A stretch of 64,000 nt of DNA from the human T2T-CHM13v2.0 reference genome, Homo sapiens. A program made the translations under genes and the position numbers. The stretch lies in NCBI RefSeq assembly GCF_009914755.1, contig NC_060934.1. One strand, written 5' to 3'. The notes beneath the pieces were generated by a model. It saw only the letters and a list, made by a program, of their open reading frames with translations, did no database searches and was not told the origin of the DNA. Positions 15,378-29,012 of the stretch are shown here, piece after piece; positions within the stretch are counted from its first letter, which is position 1, and each line of letters begins with the position of its first letter.

Positions 15378-17081
15378 CCCATAACTTTTTTTTCTTCTTT
15401 GTTAATTTCTTGACCAGCTCTTAGATGATGGTGATGTTTAGCTCCCTGTTCTTGGCAGCCTGGTAAAAGAATGGCATGCAGGGACTGCTGCCCAAGCCTG
15501 GGTACTCCTGGGGGTCCCGCATCACAGGAAGAAGCTGCATGAGCTGCTGTGCAGTGGGGTTGTCATGGGGACAACCCTCCCTGGCCTCTCCTGGTGCAGG
15601 CTCCAGGCTGTCGGCTCACCTCACAAAAATCTTTGGAGAGAGCGGGGCGGGGATCTGAGCACAGTGCGAGCCTCCCCTGCTCCTGCCTGGCCACCCCACC
15701 TGAGGGCTCTACTCACCACCCTGCTTGTCAGCAGCCCCAAGCTCCTGAGGGGCTGGGGCCCCTGGAGCAGGATCATCAGCAGGGTTCTGGGCAGCGGCCA
15801 GGAATTTGCCATGCCCCTCGTTGTGATCGCCTGCAAGCCGCAACACCAGCTCCTGCAGCTCCAGCAGTTTCACCTGAAGGGAGGGGTGCTCAGCTGCCAC
15901 GCTGGTGCCAGTGCCCCTGCCCACGCTCACACCCACCCCACCCCCACCCCCACAGAGGTGCTGCAATGCCCCATCTTCATCTCCTCTTTGTCCTGGGCCA
16001 GCCTGATGATGTCCTCCTCCTCCTGGTGCCGCGTCTTTGGCGCTGCCCTCTGGCCCTCGTATGTTGTGATTTACTTTCCTGCGGGAGGACAGGGCTCAGA
16101 TGCTGGGGCCCCTCCGATGGCCCTGCAGCTCCCCCTGCCTTCCCTGGCCTCTCACTCACTGATGGTGTCTGCCTGTCCTGAGAGGTGGATGGATCGAAGC
16201 TCTAGTTTCTCCACCCACTCCTTCAGGTCCACCTTCTCCTTCAGGAGGTCCATAAAGCCACTCTGGATCCAAAATAATGGGGTCACATCTTGAGAGCGAC
16301 CTGCCCTGCCCTGCTCTGCCCCCAACCTTCTTGGCCCATGCCATGACTCACTCACCTGCAACTTCTCCATGGATCCCTGCAGGGCCTGATGAGTCTACCC
16401 ACACACAGACTCATCCCCAGTCCCTGGGGCTGGTTCCACTACCTCTGGCTCCTTCTGGGCCAAGGCCACCCGGGTGAGTCAGGCGCTGGCACCACACCCT
16501 TTGCTCCCTCAGCTGCCCACATAAGCCATACCTGCTCCTCCTGGGCACTGGCTCCAGCGGAGTTGAAAAACGCCACCTGAAGGCAAGAGGTGAGTATTCT
16601 TATAGAGGCATATACAGAACAAACGGGGCAGGGAGGTAGAGCGCAGCCCCTTCCCTTGGGGCCTCAGAGAGTGCACCTGTTGGTGAAATGCACAGGTGAA
16701 ATGATGTCTGACCACTGGCTCCTGGAAGGAGTGAGCGTCCACAGAAATCAGAAGGTGGGGAAACCAAGAGCATAAGGGGGTCTGGGAGGGACCACAGAGG
16801 AAGGTGGCAAAGCGGGGGCAGAGTGAGTCACGCTCGCCATGACCTCCCTGCTCTCCAGGTCCTCCGGGATGCTCAGCATGGGCCAAGCTGAGCCTCCTCT
16901 TCCACGTTGTCCAGATGTTCTCCTCCATCTCCTGTGGGGGGTGGCCAGAGGGGTCCTCAGACAACCCAACAAGGGAGGTACTACAGACCCACCTCTGCCT
17001 TCATCCTCACTGTGTAACCCTGAGCCAGCCCCTCCCCAGAGGGGAATGAGCTGCTGTTCTTTATCTTTACTTTCAAGAACC

Positions 17082-17258
17082 AAGATCTTGCTATATTGCC
17101 CAGGCACAGTCCCACTACCAGTCGGTGCAGGAGTTCTGACCTACTCCCTTTCTGACCTGGGCCAGTTCACCCATCCTTAGGCAACCTGTTGGCCCCCTAG
17201 CCCAGGAGGTCACCATATTGATGCCAAACTTAGTGCAGACACCCGGTCAGCATAATGA
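17082..17258 (-). pseudogene. 7SL (SRP RNA) pseudogene, 5'-truncated, in a GOLGA intron
   Basis: Reverse strand gggtgtctgcactaagtttggcatcaatatggtgacctcc...ggttgcctaaggatgggtgaactggcccaggtcagaaagggagtaggtca matches the 7SL S-domain. Confidence 0.9.
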
Positions 17259-18164
17259 CCAGCTGTTCTAAAGGTCTCTTCCAACTCCTCAATCCTATGC
17301 TGCTAACAGTCCCCCTTTCCTTCTGGGGCTCTCTCCTCCTCCTCTGAGAGATCTCCTGTACCTTGCCTAGGGAGTGCCATGAGGCTCAACTGGGCCTGTA
17401 GCTGCTGGTTCTGCTGGCTGGTACCTTCCAGGTGCTCCTAAGGGGCCAGGAAAGAGAGTGAGAAGGCACGGAGGTTGCCAGGTCATCCCCCTCAAGGCCC
17501 CGTCCTCAGCAATTCCCTCCCCTGGGTCTCCTGCAACTTTTGGTGGGCCATCTCTGCCACCACTTTGCCCCAAGCTTCCTGCTGCTGCAGCTGGTCCATG
17601 AGCTGGGTCTGCAGCAGTAACTGCCTGTGCTGCGCCTCCTTCTCAGAGGTCAGCTGCTGATAGGCAGCCACGTACTGCTGCAGGTGACCCAGGGACTGGT
17701 GTCCCTGCTGCTGCAGACTCTGAGCCTCTTGGCTCTTCAGCTTCACCTGCAGGAAGACCCTGGGCATGAGGGCACATGGTGGCTGGCTTCCAGATTCTGG
17801 GCCCATTAATAGGGTATTGAGGGCACCATGGGGCTCTGTTGCCCGCCCAGGCCCCTGGCCCCTTGCTCCAGGCCTAAGTGACTGCCTCCCTTTCCTAGAA
17901 CCCCATGCCTTCTTCCCCAGCCTCAAATCTTACACCTTTCTTCCCACCATTTAAACTGTAGGCCACAGGCTGGTGGAAAAGCAGAGGGAGCCAACCACCA
18001 TCTGCTAAGTGTGCTATATGACTAATACTTTCCATGTATTATCTCATTTAATCCTCAGCACCTCTGCAAGGAAAATGCTAACTTCCTTTTGAAGTTAAAG
18101 GAACAGAGACTTAGAGATGCAAAGTGGTTGAATGGCGACCAGTGGAACTGAGGCTGGAATCTAG

Positions 18165-18526
<362 letters not shown>

Positions 18527-19299
18527 ACATAAGGAGCCTCTTATACCACGACTCCTCCCCTGTGATTGGGGGGCTCCATGCCTCTAGCTGGGATGATGAT
18601 GTCCACACCTGGGAGGAGCCCAGGGCTACCCACCTCTAAAAGTCAGAGGGCAGGAAGCAAGAAACAGTCACAGGACTGCCCTGGAGGGAGCTGGGGTCAC
18701 CTGCCCCCGGGCTGGAGCTGCTTTTGGCCTCACACCTCCCCTCCCCAGAGGCTGGTGCTCACCTCCCAGCCCTTCTTGGATGGGCAGAGGTTACAGTCTC
18801 CTTCAGCTTGCCCAGCTTCTCCTGCAGCTCCTTTACTTGCTGCTCCAACTGTAGTGCACTCTTATTCTCGTTGTTCTGGACAGAGAGAAGCAATCAGTGG
18901 CCACTCACTGCAGCTGGAGACCCCAGAACTTGGTGTCTGCCTCCCATGGCACCAGGAAGGGTGGAGGCAGGTTAGAAAAATTATCCCCTCTCTCCCACAG
19001 CCATCAGAGCAGGGCTCTGGCTCACAGGTGCCTTTAGAAGTACCATTTCACGTGAGGGCTACACTGCCCCATCTTACAGGTGGGGAATCAAAGGCCTGGA
19101 GGGCAAGGGAGGAGGGCAGGCTCACGAGGCGGGGCAACGCACCAGCTCCTCTAAGCCGCTCTGTGGCCCAGCCAGCTGCTAGTCGAGCTCATGGTTCTGA
19201 GAGAGCACGTGGTTGATGGTGGTGTGGTTCCGCAGGGCCTGCATGCACGTCTCTGCCTGCTCCTCCCAGAGCTTGGCTTTCCGCCCCAGCTCGAGCAGC

Positions 19300-19495
19300 C
19301 TGTCCTCCTGCTCCGCAGCCTCTCCTCCCACTCCCGTAGCCTCTCCTCCCGCTCCCGCAGACTCTCCTCCCGCTCCCGCAGACTCTCCTCCCGCTCTCCC
19401 AGCCTCTCCTACTCCTGCAGCTTCTCCTCCAGCTCCTGCAGCCTCTCCTGCTCCCGCAGCGTCTCCCGTTCCAGCAGCCTCTCCTCCTGCTCCCA
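19300..19495 (-). repeat. 18-21 bp heptad-coding tandem repeat inside the large GOLGA coiled-coil exon
   Basis: Units such as ctctcctcccgctcccgcaga encode (E/Q/R)EERLRE on the minus strand; ~9-10 copies. Confidence 0.85.
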
Positions 19496-21302
19496 GTTCA
19501 GGTGACTCAAGCCTTGATTGTTTTGCACCTGAGCTTGGAGCTGTCCTGCCAGACTCTCCTGCTCCTTCCTCGGGTGCTCGGCCTCAGCTTGTAGCTGCTG
19601 TTCCACCTCAGAGGGCCCTGCTGGGGGCTCCAGGGGCAGGGGTTCAGCTGAGAAAGGAAGCAGACAACAAGGGCCTCTGGGTTAACAAAACAAAACAAAA
19701 CAAAACAACAAATAAAAGCCCTTCTCTTGGTGCACAGATCCTCTCAGGCTCCCCAAACTTGGCCTCACTGCTAACGATTCCTCGCTCTCGGATGGTAGCC
19801 AATCTTCCAAGCCACTTTCAGATAGAGAGCACTGTGGGTGGCTGACAATGAGCACTCCTCCCTCTTTGTTGATGGCGACACTGAGGTTCATGGAGATTAT
19901 AAGACTTGCCGTCTCCTGGCACAGACCTCTTTCCCTCTGCCTCAAAGCCCTTCCATCTACCCACCTCCCTGGGGCATTCTAAGCCATCCCCACAGCCCTC
20001 TGATGCCAGTCCTGCTCCCAGGCCATGCCAGCCCCATCTTACCCATCTAGTTTTTGAGTTCGGCCAAGCTCCTCTCCAGCTCCTGTACCCGATGCCTGTC
20101 ATGCTTCTTCTCCTCCTTCCATGTGCAAACCTGCCCAAAGCACGGGGGACAGGGCCCTGGAGAGAGGGGCTGGTGGTTGGACAGGCTACCAACTCCCTCT
20201 CTGCCTCCACCTCTACAAAGCCCAGACCCATGACCACCTCTGGCTGTACTATTCCCATTTTACAGATGGCCAGAAAGATCCAGTGACCTATCTAAAGTGG
20301 GGGGCTTAAGGGTCAGGTCTCACCTCCTCTGACATTTTCCATACCCTCTGCTGCCACCGGGCCCTCTCTCCTTTTAGATGTTGAGTATATTCATCTGTCT
20401 CTAGCTGGACTTGTTCCAACATCTGCAAGAATGGGCACAGAAGTTAGGAAAGGCTGTCACTGGTCCTCACCTGCTCCTGGCCACCTGGCGTCATCTTCCT
20501 CCCACATCCCTCCCTCTACAAAGCTTCACCTGTGTCACGTGTGCTTCCAGCTGTGCCCGAGCCTTTATGGACTGCCATAACTGCCGCTTGAGGACTGCTT
20601 CACAGCGGCTCGAGGACTGTATGGTGAAGAGTGAGAAGTTTCGATCTGGGGAGCCTGGGCCGTTCCACACAGTGCCCCTTAAAAGGGCTAGGGTTAGGCT
20701 CAATATACAACTTGGTCAGTAAAGGTCAAGGCATTTCTAAGCCTGTGGTCTGGTTTTTAAAAGAACTCAGTAAAGTTGGAAGGGACAGGGAAAAAGATCG
20801 AATTTACAGCTGGCTAACAGAGGCCCAGAGAGATCAGATAATATTGCTGTTGTTATTACTGTTATTACTACCACTGTTTGAATGTTTATTGAGTGCTTCA
20901 CCAGTTACCATGCTAACGATCCCACTGAATCCTCATAACCACCATATGAGACAGTTACTATGATTACCTCTATTATTAGTATTAGAGTTACTATTAGAGT
21001 ATTAGAGTTTCTATTATTAGTATTAGAGGTTAAGTGCTTGCCTAAGGTCACTTAGACAGAGCTGGGATTTAAATACCCAGGTCTATCCTATTCTCTAAGC
21101 CCATTTTTCTTGCTGGGGGTTGGGGCACAGATAGGAAGGGGGAAATTAATCTTTTATTCATTTTTTGAAAGGATGATACATTCACATAGTCCACAACTCA
21201 GAAGGTACAGACGGGAAGTATCTCCCAGCCACCCTGTTGCTCTCTGCTGAATTTTTTACAAATCCTTGCAGACATGTTTTATGTATATTATCATAGTACG
21301 TA

Positions 21303-21305
<3 letters not shown>

Positions 21306-21335
<30 letters not shown>
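21306..21335. repeat. (CA)n microsatellite
   Basis: Perfect CA run. Confidence 0.9.
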
Positions 21336-21338
<3 letters not shown>

Positions 21339-22190
21339 CCCCCTCTCTACACAAATGGTAACATACTAAAGGTACTCTTCTGTACCTTCACAGTACAAGT
21401 ATGCAATCCCCCACCTAGGACTTTGTCAAGGCCACAGCCAGGTAACAGCAGGGTGGGCACTTGGCCTCCAAGCTCTGCATCCAGTGCTCGCTCCCCACAG
21501 TGCCCCGCAACTAACCCACAGCAGCTGACTCAGCCCCAGGCTGCCTCTAACAACCACACACAAAAGCAGCAAGAAATGGCCATGCTGCCTTCTGGGCAGG
21601 ACATTCCACCCTGCAGCAAAGAGGGCAGTAACAGAAGAGCCATGCTGCATGCTCCATGCTCTGGGGTCCCTCAGGGTGAGGCCTGGGCACCCCAGCTCCC
21701 CATTTACCCTTAGCACCAGAGGCCCCCAGACCCTTTCTTCAGGGCCCCAAAGGGAAACTGAAGCCCAGGATTGGCAGTGTGGAATCAGGGGACCCCACTG
21801 GACTCTTAGCAATGACTCAGTGTTTTCATTGAGTTGATTGATTGTTGTGGAGCTCAAGTCCAGGGCTACTGCTAGTTCTTGGTACTGGCTCTGAGGCACA
21901 TGCAGAGAGGAGGAATTGGAGGAGGATTGCGGGGAGAGGTAGAGAGAACAATCATTAGGGCTGGGGTGTGTGTGGGCTGTCTCAGCTGGCAGAGGGGCAC
22001 TCAGCCCCTGCTGTGGGAGGAGGTTGGGGGGCTGGCCTACAGGGCCACTGCACTTTGGCCCAGGGCCTCTTACCTCCAGATCCTTCAGGGTAGCAGATGA
22101 TGCAGGGGTAATAAAAATAAGAAATTCAAAAAAACAAAAACTTCCATCAAAAACAGTTATGGCTATGGAGAAAGTATAAAAACAGCAAGA

Positions 22191-22480
22191 GGCTGGGCAC
22201 AGTGGCTCATGCATGTAATCCCAGCACTTTAGGAGGCTGAAGCAGGTGAATCACTTGAAGCCAGGAGTTTGAGACCAGCCTGGGCAACATGGTGAAACCC
22301 TGTCTCCACTAAAAATACAAAAAAATTAGCCTGGCATGATGATGCATGTCTGTAATCTGAGCTACTGGGGAGGCTGAGGCATGAGCATCACTTGAACCTG
22401 GAAGGCAGAGGCTGCAGGGAGCCAAAATCACACCATTGCACTCCAGGAGAGAGAACGAGACTCTTCAAAAACCAAAACAA
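22191..22480 (+). mobile_element. Alu
   Basis: Alu consensus; TSD aaaacagcaaga. Confidence 0.92.
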
Positions 22481-23586
22481 AACAGCAAGAAGGAAATATG
22501 GGGATCTGGGCCTTTGTTTCCAGAACAGAGAGACCTGGGCTGGGCACAGAATCTCAGAGCATGAGGAAACAGGCCACAGACCCCCTAATCTACTGGACCA
22601 TTGGCAGAGCAAAAGCCAGATACTCAGCTGCAGGATTCCCCTAGGCCTGTGCTCCCCACCGTATCATTCAGTGTCTCTTCTGAGCCGGCAAGGTGAGTCA
22701 CAGCACCTGGACAGACCTGACCAACTTGGGTTAACAGGTGTGATGACTGAACAACTGTCTAACAGCAGCCAAGGGTGCTCTGTCAGTCCCCCTCCCCATG
22801 CCCATCTCCAGCAGGATCTGCCTCCATTTGTGCCCTGCTCCTCTGGCTTGGCAGGAGTCCCCCAGGCAAGTTAGATACGGAGGAAATGCCAAATCACAGC
22901 CAGAGGAGGTCATCTCCAAGCCCATGTGTCCCTATGCCCTGCCTCCCAGCAAGCTCTTTGTGCTCCTGAAAGGTGCTCTATGAGTTCATAACGATGGCCA
23001 TGACCTCACCGCTCCCCCTTCCTCCCCCACTCCCCATATGGATGAATGTTACCCACCTTTAATCTTCCAGCCAACCTCAAATGTCACCTCCTCCACCCTC
23101 AAGTCCATTCAGAACCAACCTCCCACTGAGCTGAGCATTTGGAATGTTCCAAACTTCTTTCTTGCCTCCTTCAGAGGAGTCTGCCTCCCTCAGTCTGCAC
23201 CCTACCTTGTTCAGCTATTCTCTCCACTGTTTATTTAGCAAAGTGCCTTTGTTGTCAAAAGCCCAATAAATATGCTAAGTGTCCATTTGATTTTCAAGAG
23301 GTTATGGTCTTAGTCACTCATCTGTTTGGTTAACCTCACATCATTTACAGTTAGTTCCTCTGAAAAAATAGCTTCAACCCTTCCAGCTATAATGTGAACT
23401 CATTTTATCTTAACCCTATGTTCCCTACTCTTAAACCAAAGTGAATTAATCCAAAATAAGCACAAACTTTTATGTGGTCTATAGATCTTTGCCTTTAGGA
23501 CAAAACCTAAAGGTCAGTTTTGTTTTTGTTTTTCATCTCTCTTAGTCTGAGAGTACCACACTGGGCATTCAAAAGCCCAAGTCCCA

Positions 23587-23885
23587 GGCCGGGCATGATG
23601 GCTCAAGCCTGTAATCCCAGCACTTTGGGAGGTGGGGGCAGGTGGCTCACTTGAAGTCAAGAGTTCAAGACCAGCCTGGCCAACATGGAGAAACCCTGTC
23701 TCTACTAAAAATAGAAACATTAGTTGGGCGTAGTGGCAGGTGCCTGTAATCCCAGCTACTCAGGAGGCTAAGGCAAGAGAATCACTTGAATCCAGGAGGC
23801 AGAGGTTGAAGTAAGCAGAGATCACACCGTGGCACTCCAGTCTGGGTGACAGAGTGAGACCCCGTCTCAACAACGACAACAACAA
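23587..23885 (+). mobile_element. Alu
   Basis: Alu consensus; (CAA)n tail; aaaagccc..ccca TSD. Confidence 0.92.
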
Positions 23886-25399
23886 AAAGCCCCAGATCCC
23901 ACATGCCTGCTCTATACATTATTCCCAAATTACTTTTAAACTTTAAGGTATGTCTCACCTTCTCCAAGATGATAAAAGATGCAGGGAAGGAAAAAACTCA
24001 ATTAATCAAGCAGGTGAAGAAGCAGACAGGCTGAAGGTTAATGGCAGCAACATAAAATAAGCCAAAGTATCCCCCAAACCAGAGAAGCCTCAGGGGCATG
24101 CACAGCTGGAGAGAGCAAGCCAGAGAGGGGTCTCAGCACTGCCTCACCTTCCATTTGTCCAATGGGAGAGCGCTACCCCATTGGAATGGTTAAGGTTGGA
24201 CACCAGCACCTTCAGAATGTCCTGAATCTACAGAAGGCAAAAAGAGAAAAACAAGGGCAGGGGGAGAAAGACAGAAGTGGCTTAGAGCGAAGCAAGAAAG
24301 TCAGGGAAGGAGGAAAATGTGGATTCAGGGAAACGAAACGCTGAGGAACAGCAGAGATCAAAACCATGGCCTGTGCCATTCTTCCAAATGGCCACCTGCT
24401 GCCTTGCCAGGGGCAGGAACAAATAGATAGAAGAGTCTCCTGAGCAATGCAGTCACAGAGTGGAGTCCCCTGACCAATGCAGCTCTTAATCTGCTCACCG
24501 GACCCCTCTCCTCAGGCCCAGGACATGGGCGATGAATCTAGTAGAGCTCCAGACCACCATCTCCATTTAAAAAAAAACAGACTTCTGAGTAAGGGTTCAT
24601 TGGAACAAAGGGGGCTCCAGCTAAAAAACAAGTTTTAAAGACACTGATCTTATCCAGTATCATCTTACAGAGGAGAAAACTGAGGCCCAGGGGAAGAAGT
24701 GATTTTTCTGTGGTCACCGAGCAATCTGGTGGCAAGTTAGTTCTTCTCTTAATTCTAGTGCCTGGGGCCCTCCTCACCACATCCTGGGGCCCTTTCAGTG
24801 ACTTCTAAAGGGAGAGCCTGATGACAAGTGGCTGTTCTCATTGGCCTGGCTTCCCGTTGAGACTGGGGATGAGGAAAATCAAACAACAACAAACATTTCC
24901 TGGCTGTCCTGGGTGTTTACAGCAGGCCATGTACTAGGGATTAACATAAAAACAACAGCAATTACAAATCTCATTTAAACTTCACAAATGGAAGGCAAGC
25001 AACACCACTTCTATTTTACAGATGTGAAAAGAGAGGCTCAAAGAGCAGCAGGTGAGGGCTGAATATGGACCAGGGAGCCCCAGGAGTCACCCACCCAAAA
25101 TCACCCAGGGGTGACTGCTGAGGGCAGGGGCTGGGCTGCTTACTGAAGGGGCAGGGATGACTGACAAGACTTTGGTTGAGGGACCCCAGAGGTGCTGGGT
25201 TTGGGGGCCCCAGCCCAGTGTGCCTTTGGAGTGGTATGGACTCTGGTAACTGTCTTGCCACTGGAGGGGATTTGTGGCTGGGTTGGGGGGCCATGTCCTG
25301 GTTTATTTTACCTTTTTCTTGGCCACAGCCAATTTACTCTGTTGAGTTTCTTCCAACATCGTGGGGTGGAGAGGGAGGCAGCGTTGGGGTCACATCAGT

Positions 25400-25700
25400 G
25401 AAATCCCAGCAATGACTGCAAAGTACCTCCAGTCACATGCCAGGCAGTTGTGCAACTGAGCCAGAGGAGGTGTAACCAGGGTCCCACTAGAACTCAGAAT
25501 AGGGGCGTGGCCTTAATGATCCAAGCTCATTGGTCGATGAGAATGATGAATGCGAAAGGAGGTGTGGCCAGGCAGCAGCATGTCCAGAGGGACCTGTTGT
25601 GTCACAAGGAAAGCTGTCCATGCAACCGCTGTCCCCACCCACTCTGGGAGAGGGGAGGGGCCGCCCACTCCGGGAGAGGGGAGGGGTCAGCTTTTGCTTT
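25400..25700 (-). promoter_or_regulatory. GOLGA-derived promoter region
   Basis: Immediately upstream of the exon 1 remnant; SP/KLF box ggggcgtggcc (~25502-25512), CCAAT on the minus strand (attgg ~25529-25533), G-rich GC boxes ~25645-25687. Confidence 0.55.
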
Positions 25701-26103
25701 AAAAGCTTTAAAACTTTAAAAAAGAAACTTTAAAAAAAAGTGTGTATACTTTATATATATATATGTGTCTGTGTGTGTGTATCTATATGTTCCTCCAGAG
25801 CTGTCTTCGTTATCCAGCTTCTATGCAAGGTCTATGAGTTTGGCCTATATTTTACATCTTCAAATGGAGTACAAGAATTACCAGTATTACCTCAATTAAG
25901 ATACAAATCCTATAAAAATGGAAAATCCATAGCATGCTTGATGATTAATAAAGCAGACTATATTATTCAACATTCCAATAAGATAAAATAATTACAGTGA
26001 TTTCCCTTTTTTAGAAAAATATTTCTCTTATTCTCCTACATTATTGTTAAGATATTTTTTAAACAAGAAACATGTCTAATATCTTAAAAAACACTAAGCT
26101 TTT

Positions 26104-26410
26104 GGGCCTGGTGTGGTGGCTCATCCCTGTAATCCCAGCACTTTGAGAGGCTGAGGGGGTGGATCACCTGAGGTCAGGACTTCAAGACCAGCTTGGCCAA
26201 CATGGTGAAACCCCATCTCTACTAAATATGCAAAAACTATCCAGGCATGATAGTGGGTGCCTGTAATCCCAGCCACTCACCAGGCTGAGGCAGGAGAATT
26301 AATTGAACCCGGGAGGTGGAGGTTGCAGTGAGCCAAGATCACGCCACTGTACTCCAGCCTGGGTGACAGAGCAAGACTCCATCTCAAAAAATAAAATAAA
26401 ATAAAAAATA
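26104..26410 (+). mobile_element. Alu
   Basis: Alu consensus; aaacac(t/a)aagcttt TSD. Confidence 0.92.
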
Positions 26411-26737
26411 AATATAAACACAAAGCTTTCAATTTAATAAGCACTTAAAGCTCTTTACCAGTTTAAAACAAATACAAGGCCCATTTTTCTAGAATCACCT
26501 GGCCTCTCTAAGCCTTACAAATGATACTGAATTTCTCACTTGATACTTGGCTATGATTTGGAATCATGAAAACTAAGAATTATGTTATGTCACTGTGTAT
26601 TGCTTGTTACCTGAATTCCATAGTAGGCTGGGATCAAGGGTTGAATCTTTCATGATTTGCTCCATAACGTGTGCTTCTTATCCCAGACCGAACTAAGCTT
26701 TTTTCTAGAGTTCTACAATTTACAGTTAGTAGACAAG

Positions 26738-26905
26738 AATGGTTCTCAAAGATGTAGTCTCTGGACGAGCAGCACCAGCAGCACCTGAGAACTTTTTATA
26801 AGTGCAAATTCTCAGGCCTCACCCTGAACTTTGATGAACCAAAAACTCTGGAGTAGGGCTCAGCAATCTGTGTTGCAGTAATCCCTCCAGGTGTTCAAGA
26901 ACCTG
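26738..26905. mobile_element. MER5A DNA transposon
   Basis: tggttctcaaag...gcaaattctcaggcc...aaactctggagtagggctcagcaatctgtg. Confidence 0.75.
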
Positions 26906-27197
26906 TGGCATACAGGAGGTAGAAAAATGTATTTCCTCCTGTAGGTTCAAAGCCAGGGATACTATATATTCTGTCTTGATACGAAACAATGACATGCAAT
27001 TAAAAGAAATAAATCTCCTTCCTACTCCCATCCTCCATCCAGTGTGTTTTATTTTTATGAGTTAAATAAGAAAACAAGTGGCAATCAGAGATTTCATCTA
27101 AAAAGTATATTTACAAGTATCAGTTCTCATCCAGCCTGATCTTACACAATACCATTTACATCCTCTTACATCTCAAGTTTTAAAAAAGTGTCTTTCA

Positions 27198-27563
<366 letters not shown>

Positions 27564-27954
27564 TCAGAATGTCCAAACTTACTAAAGAAGAAAAGTGGAA
27601 TCATTGGCTATATTTTCAAGTTGCATTCAACAGGAAATGTAAGTTTTGAATTATTTTCATCTTCATACTTCCAAGTTAATAGAATTAAACCAGAATACTC
27701 CATTCTTTCAAAGCCTCTAGCCAGGCAAAGTTTTACTGTATTACTTCTTGCTTTCAATGGATATAAACCAGAGTCCTGGTAGGCACATTTTTGGATGACT
27801 GCAAAGATGCAGAACTAAACAGTTCCATCTGTTCAATATTAAAACAAAAGTCCTGTAAACCTCTGATAGTGAGTATAATACTTTAGCACTAGCACCAAAG
27901 CCTCAAATATGAAAAGATACCAAGAACACCACTAGCAAACAGAAGTGAGCTCTC

Positions 27955-28230
27955 AGCTGGGAGCAGTAGTTCATGCCTGTAATCCCAGCACTTTGCCAAG
28001 CCAAGGTGGGAGGATTACCTGAAGTCAGGAGTTCAAGACCAGCCTGGGCAGCATAGCGAATTCACATCTCTACAAAAAATTGAAAAAACTAGCTGGGCGT
28101 GGTGGCACACACCTGTAGTTGCAGCTACTTGGGAGGCTGAAGTAGGAAAATTGCTTGAGCTCAGGAGTTCAAGGCTACAGTAGCTATGATCGTGCCACTG
28201 CACTCCAGGCTGGGTGAAAGAGCGAGACCT
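27955..28230 (+). mobile_element. Alu (AluJ-like, no tail)
   Basis: Diverged dimeric Alu. Confidence 0.88.
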
Positions 28231-28889
28231 AGATAATTACAGTCTGTCCTGCTCCTGTTTACATTAAAATCACTAAGTTAAAATGCTTTCAATCAGCAGG
28301 ATAAAAATTAAGTGAAATGTGACTTTGGAGTTTGGCCAGAAAATAGGCAATGGAGAAACAGACACTTTCCACAAGAATAAAAATGGCAAATAAGCATATA
28401 AAAAAGGTTCAAAAGCACTAGAAACCAAAGAAATGTAATGAAAACAATGAGATTTTCTGCTTAGAGACCAGCATAGAGGACAAATGGAAGGGGGAAACTG
28501 GAGCTCTGTCCTTGTTGGTGGGAGTATAAACTGAACCAATTTTCCTGCAGGATAATTTGAAAATTTCTATTAAAAACCCTAAAACTGTTTTATGTTATTT
28601 TCCTCCAGAAATTCTACTTCTATGAATTCAGTCCAAAAATGATTGCTCGAGTCCATTAAAATGTATACATAAAAAAATTTACCTCTGGGGTGGCAATGAT
28701 TAACTTAAGATACATCCAGCCATTAAAAATGATGATGCAAGGATGTATTGACTGCCATAGAAATATGCCCAAAACATAGTAAGTGACAAAAGACCATATA
28801 CTATGATTCTACCTTTTAAAATGTTTATATGCATAAAAAACTATAGAAAACAACAAACCAGAATGTTTTGAGTGGCAAAATTAAAGATT

Positions 28890-29012
28890 TTTCTTTATAT
28901 TTTGTCTTCCAAATTATTACAAAAAAATTTCTTCATATTTTGTCTTCCAAATTATTACAAAAATAATTACAAATTATTACAAAAAGAATTATTACAAAAA
29001 GAATTACAAAAG
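28890..29012. repeat. Nested tandem duplication (atattttgtcttccaaattattacaaaaa x2, then shorter attacaaa units)
   Basis: Directly visible. Confidence 0.85.

Noticed and set aside
15549-16293. 210- and 242-aa plus-strand ORFs
   Set aside because: Antisense to GOLGA exons and crossing their introns; stop-poor because of composition
19191-19845. Ser/Arg- and Pro/Ala/Ser-repeat ORFs resembling SR or mucin proteins
   Set aside because: Opposite-strand readings of the heptad VNTR
21426-22214. 262-aa minus-strand ORF, the longest in the track
   Set aside because: Starts in an Alu and runs through two GOLGA exon remnants plus introns; a chance read-through
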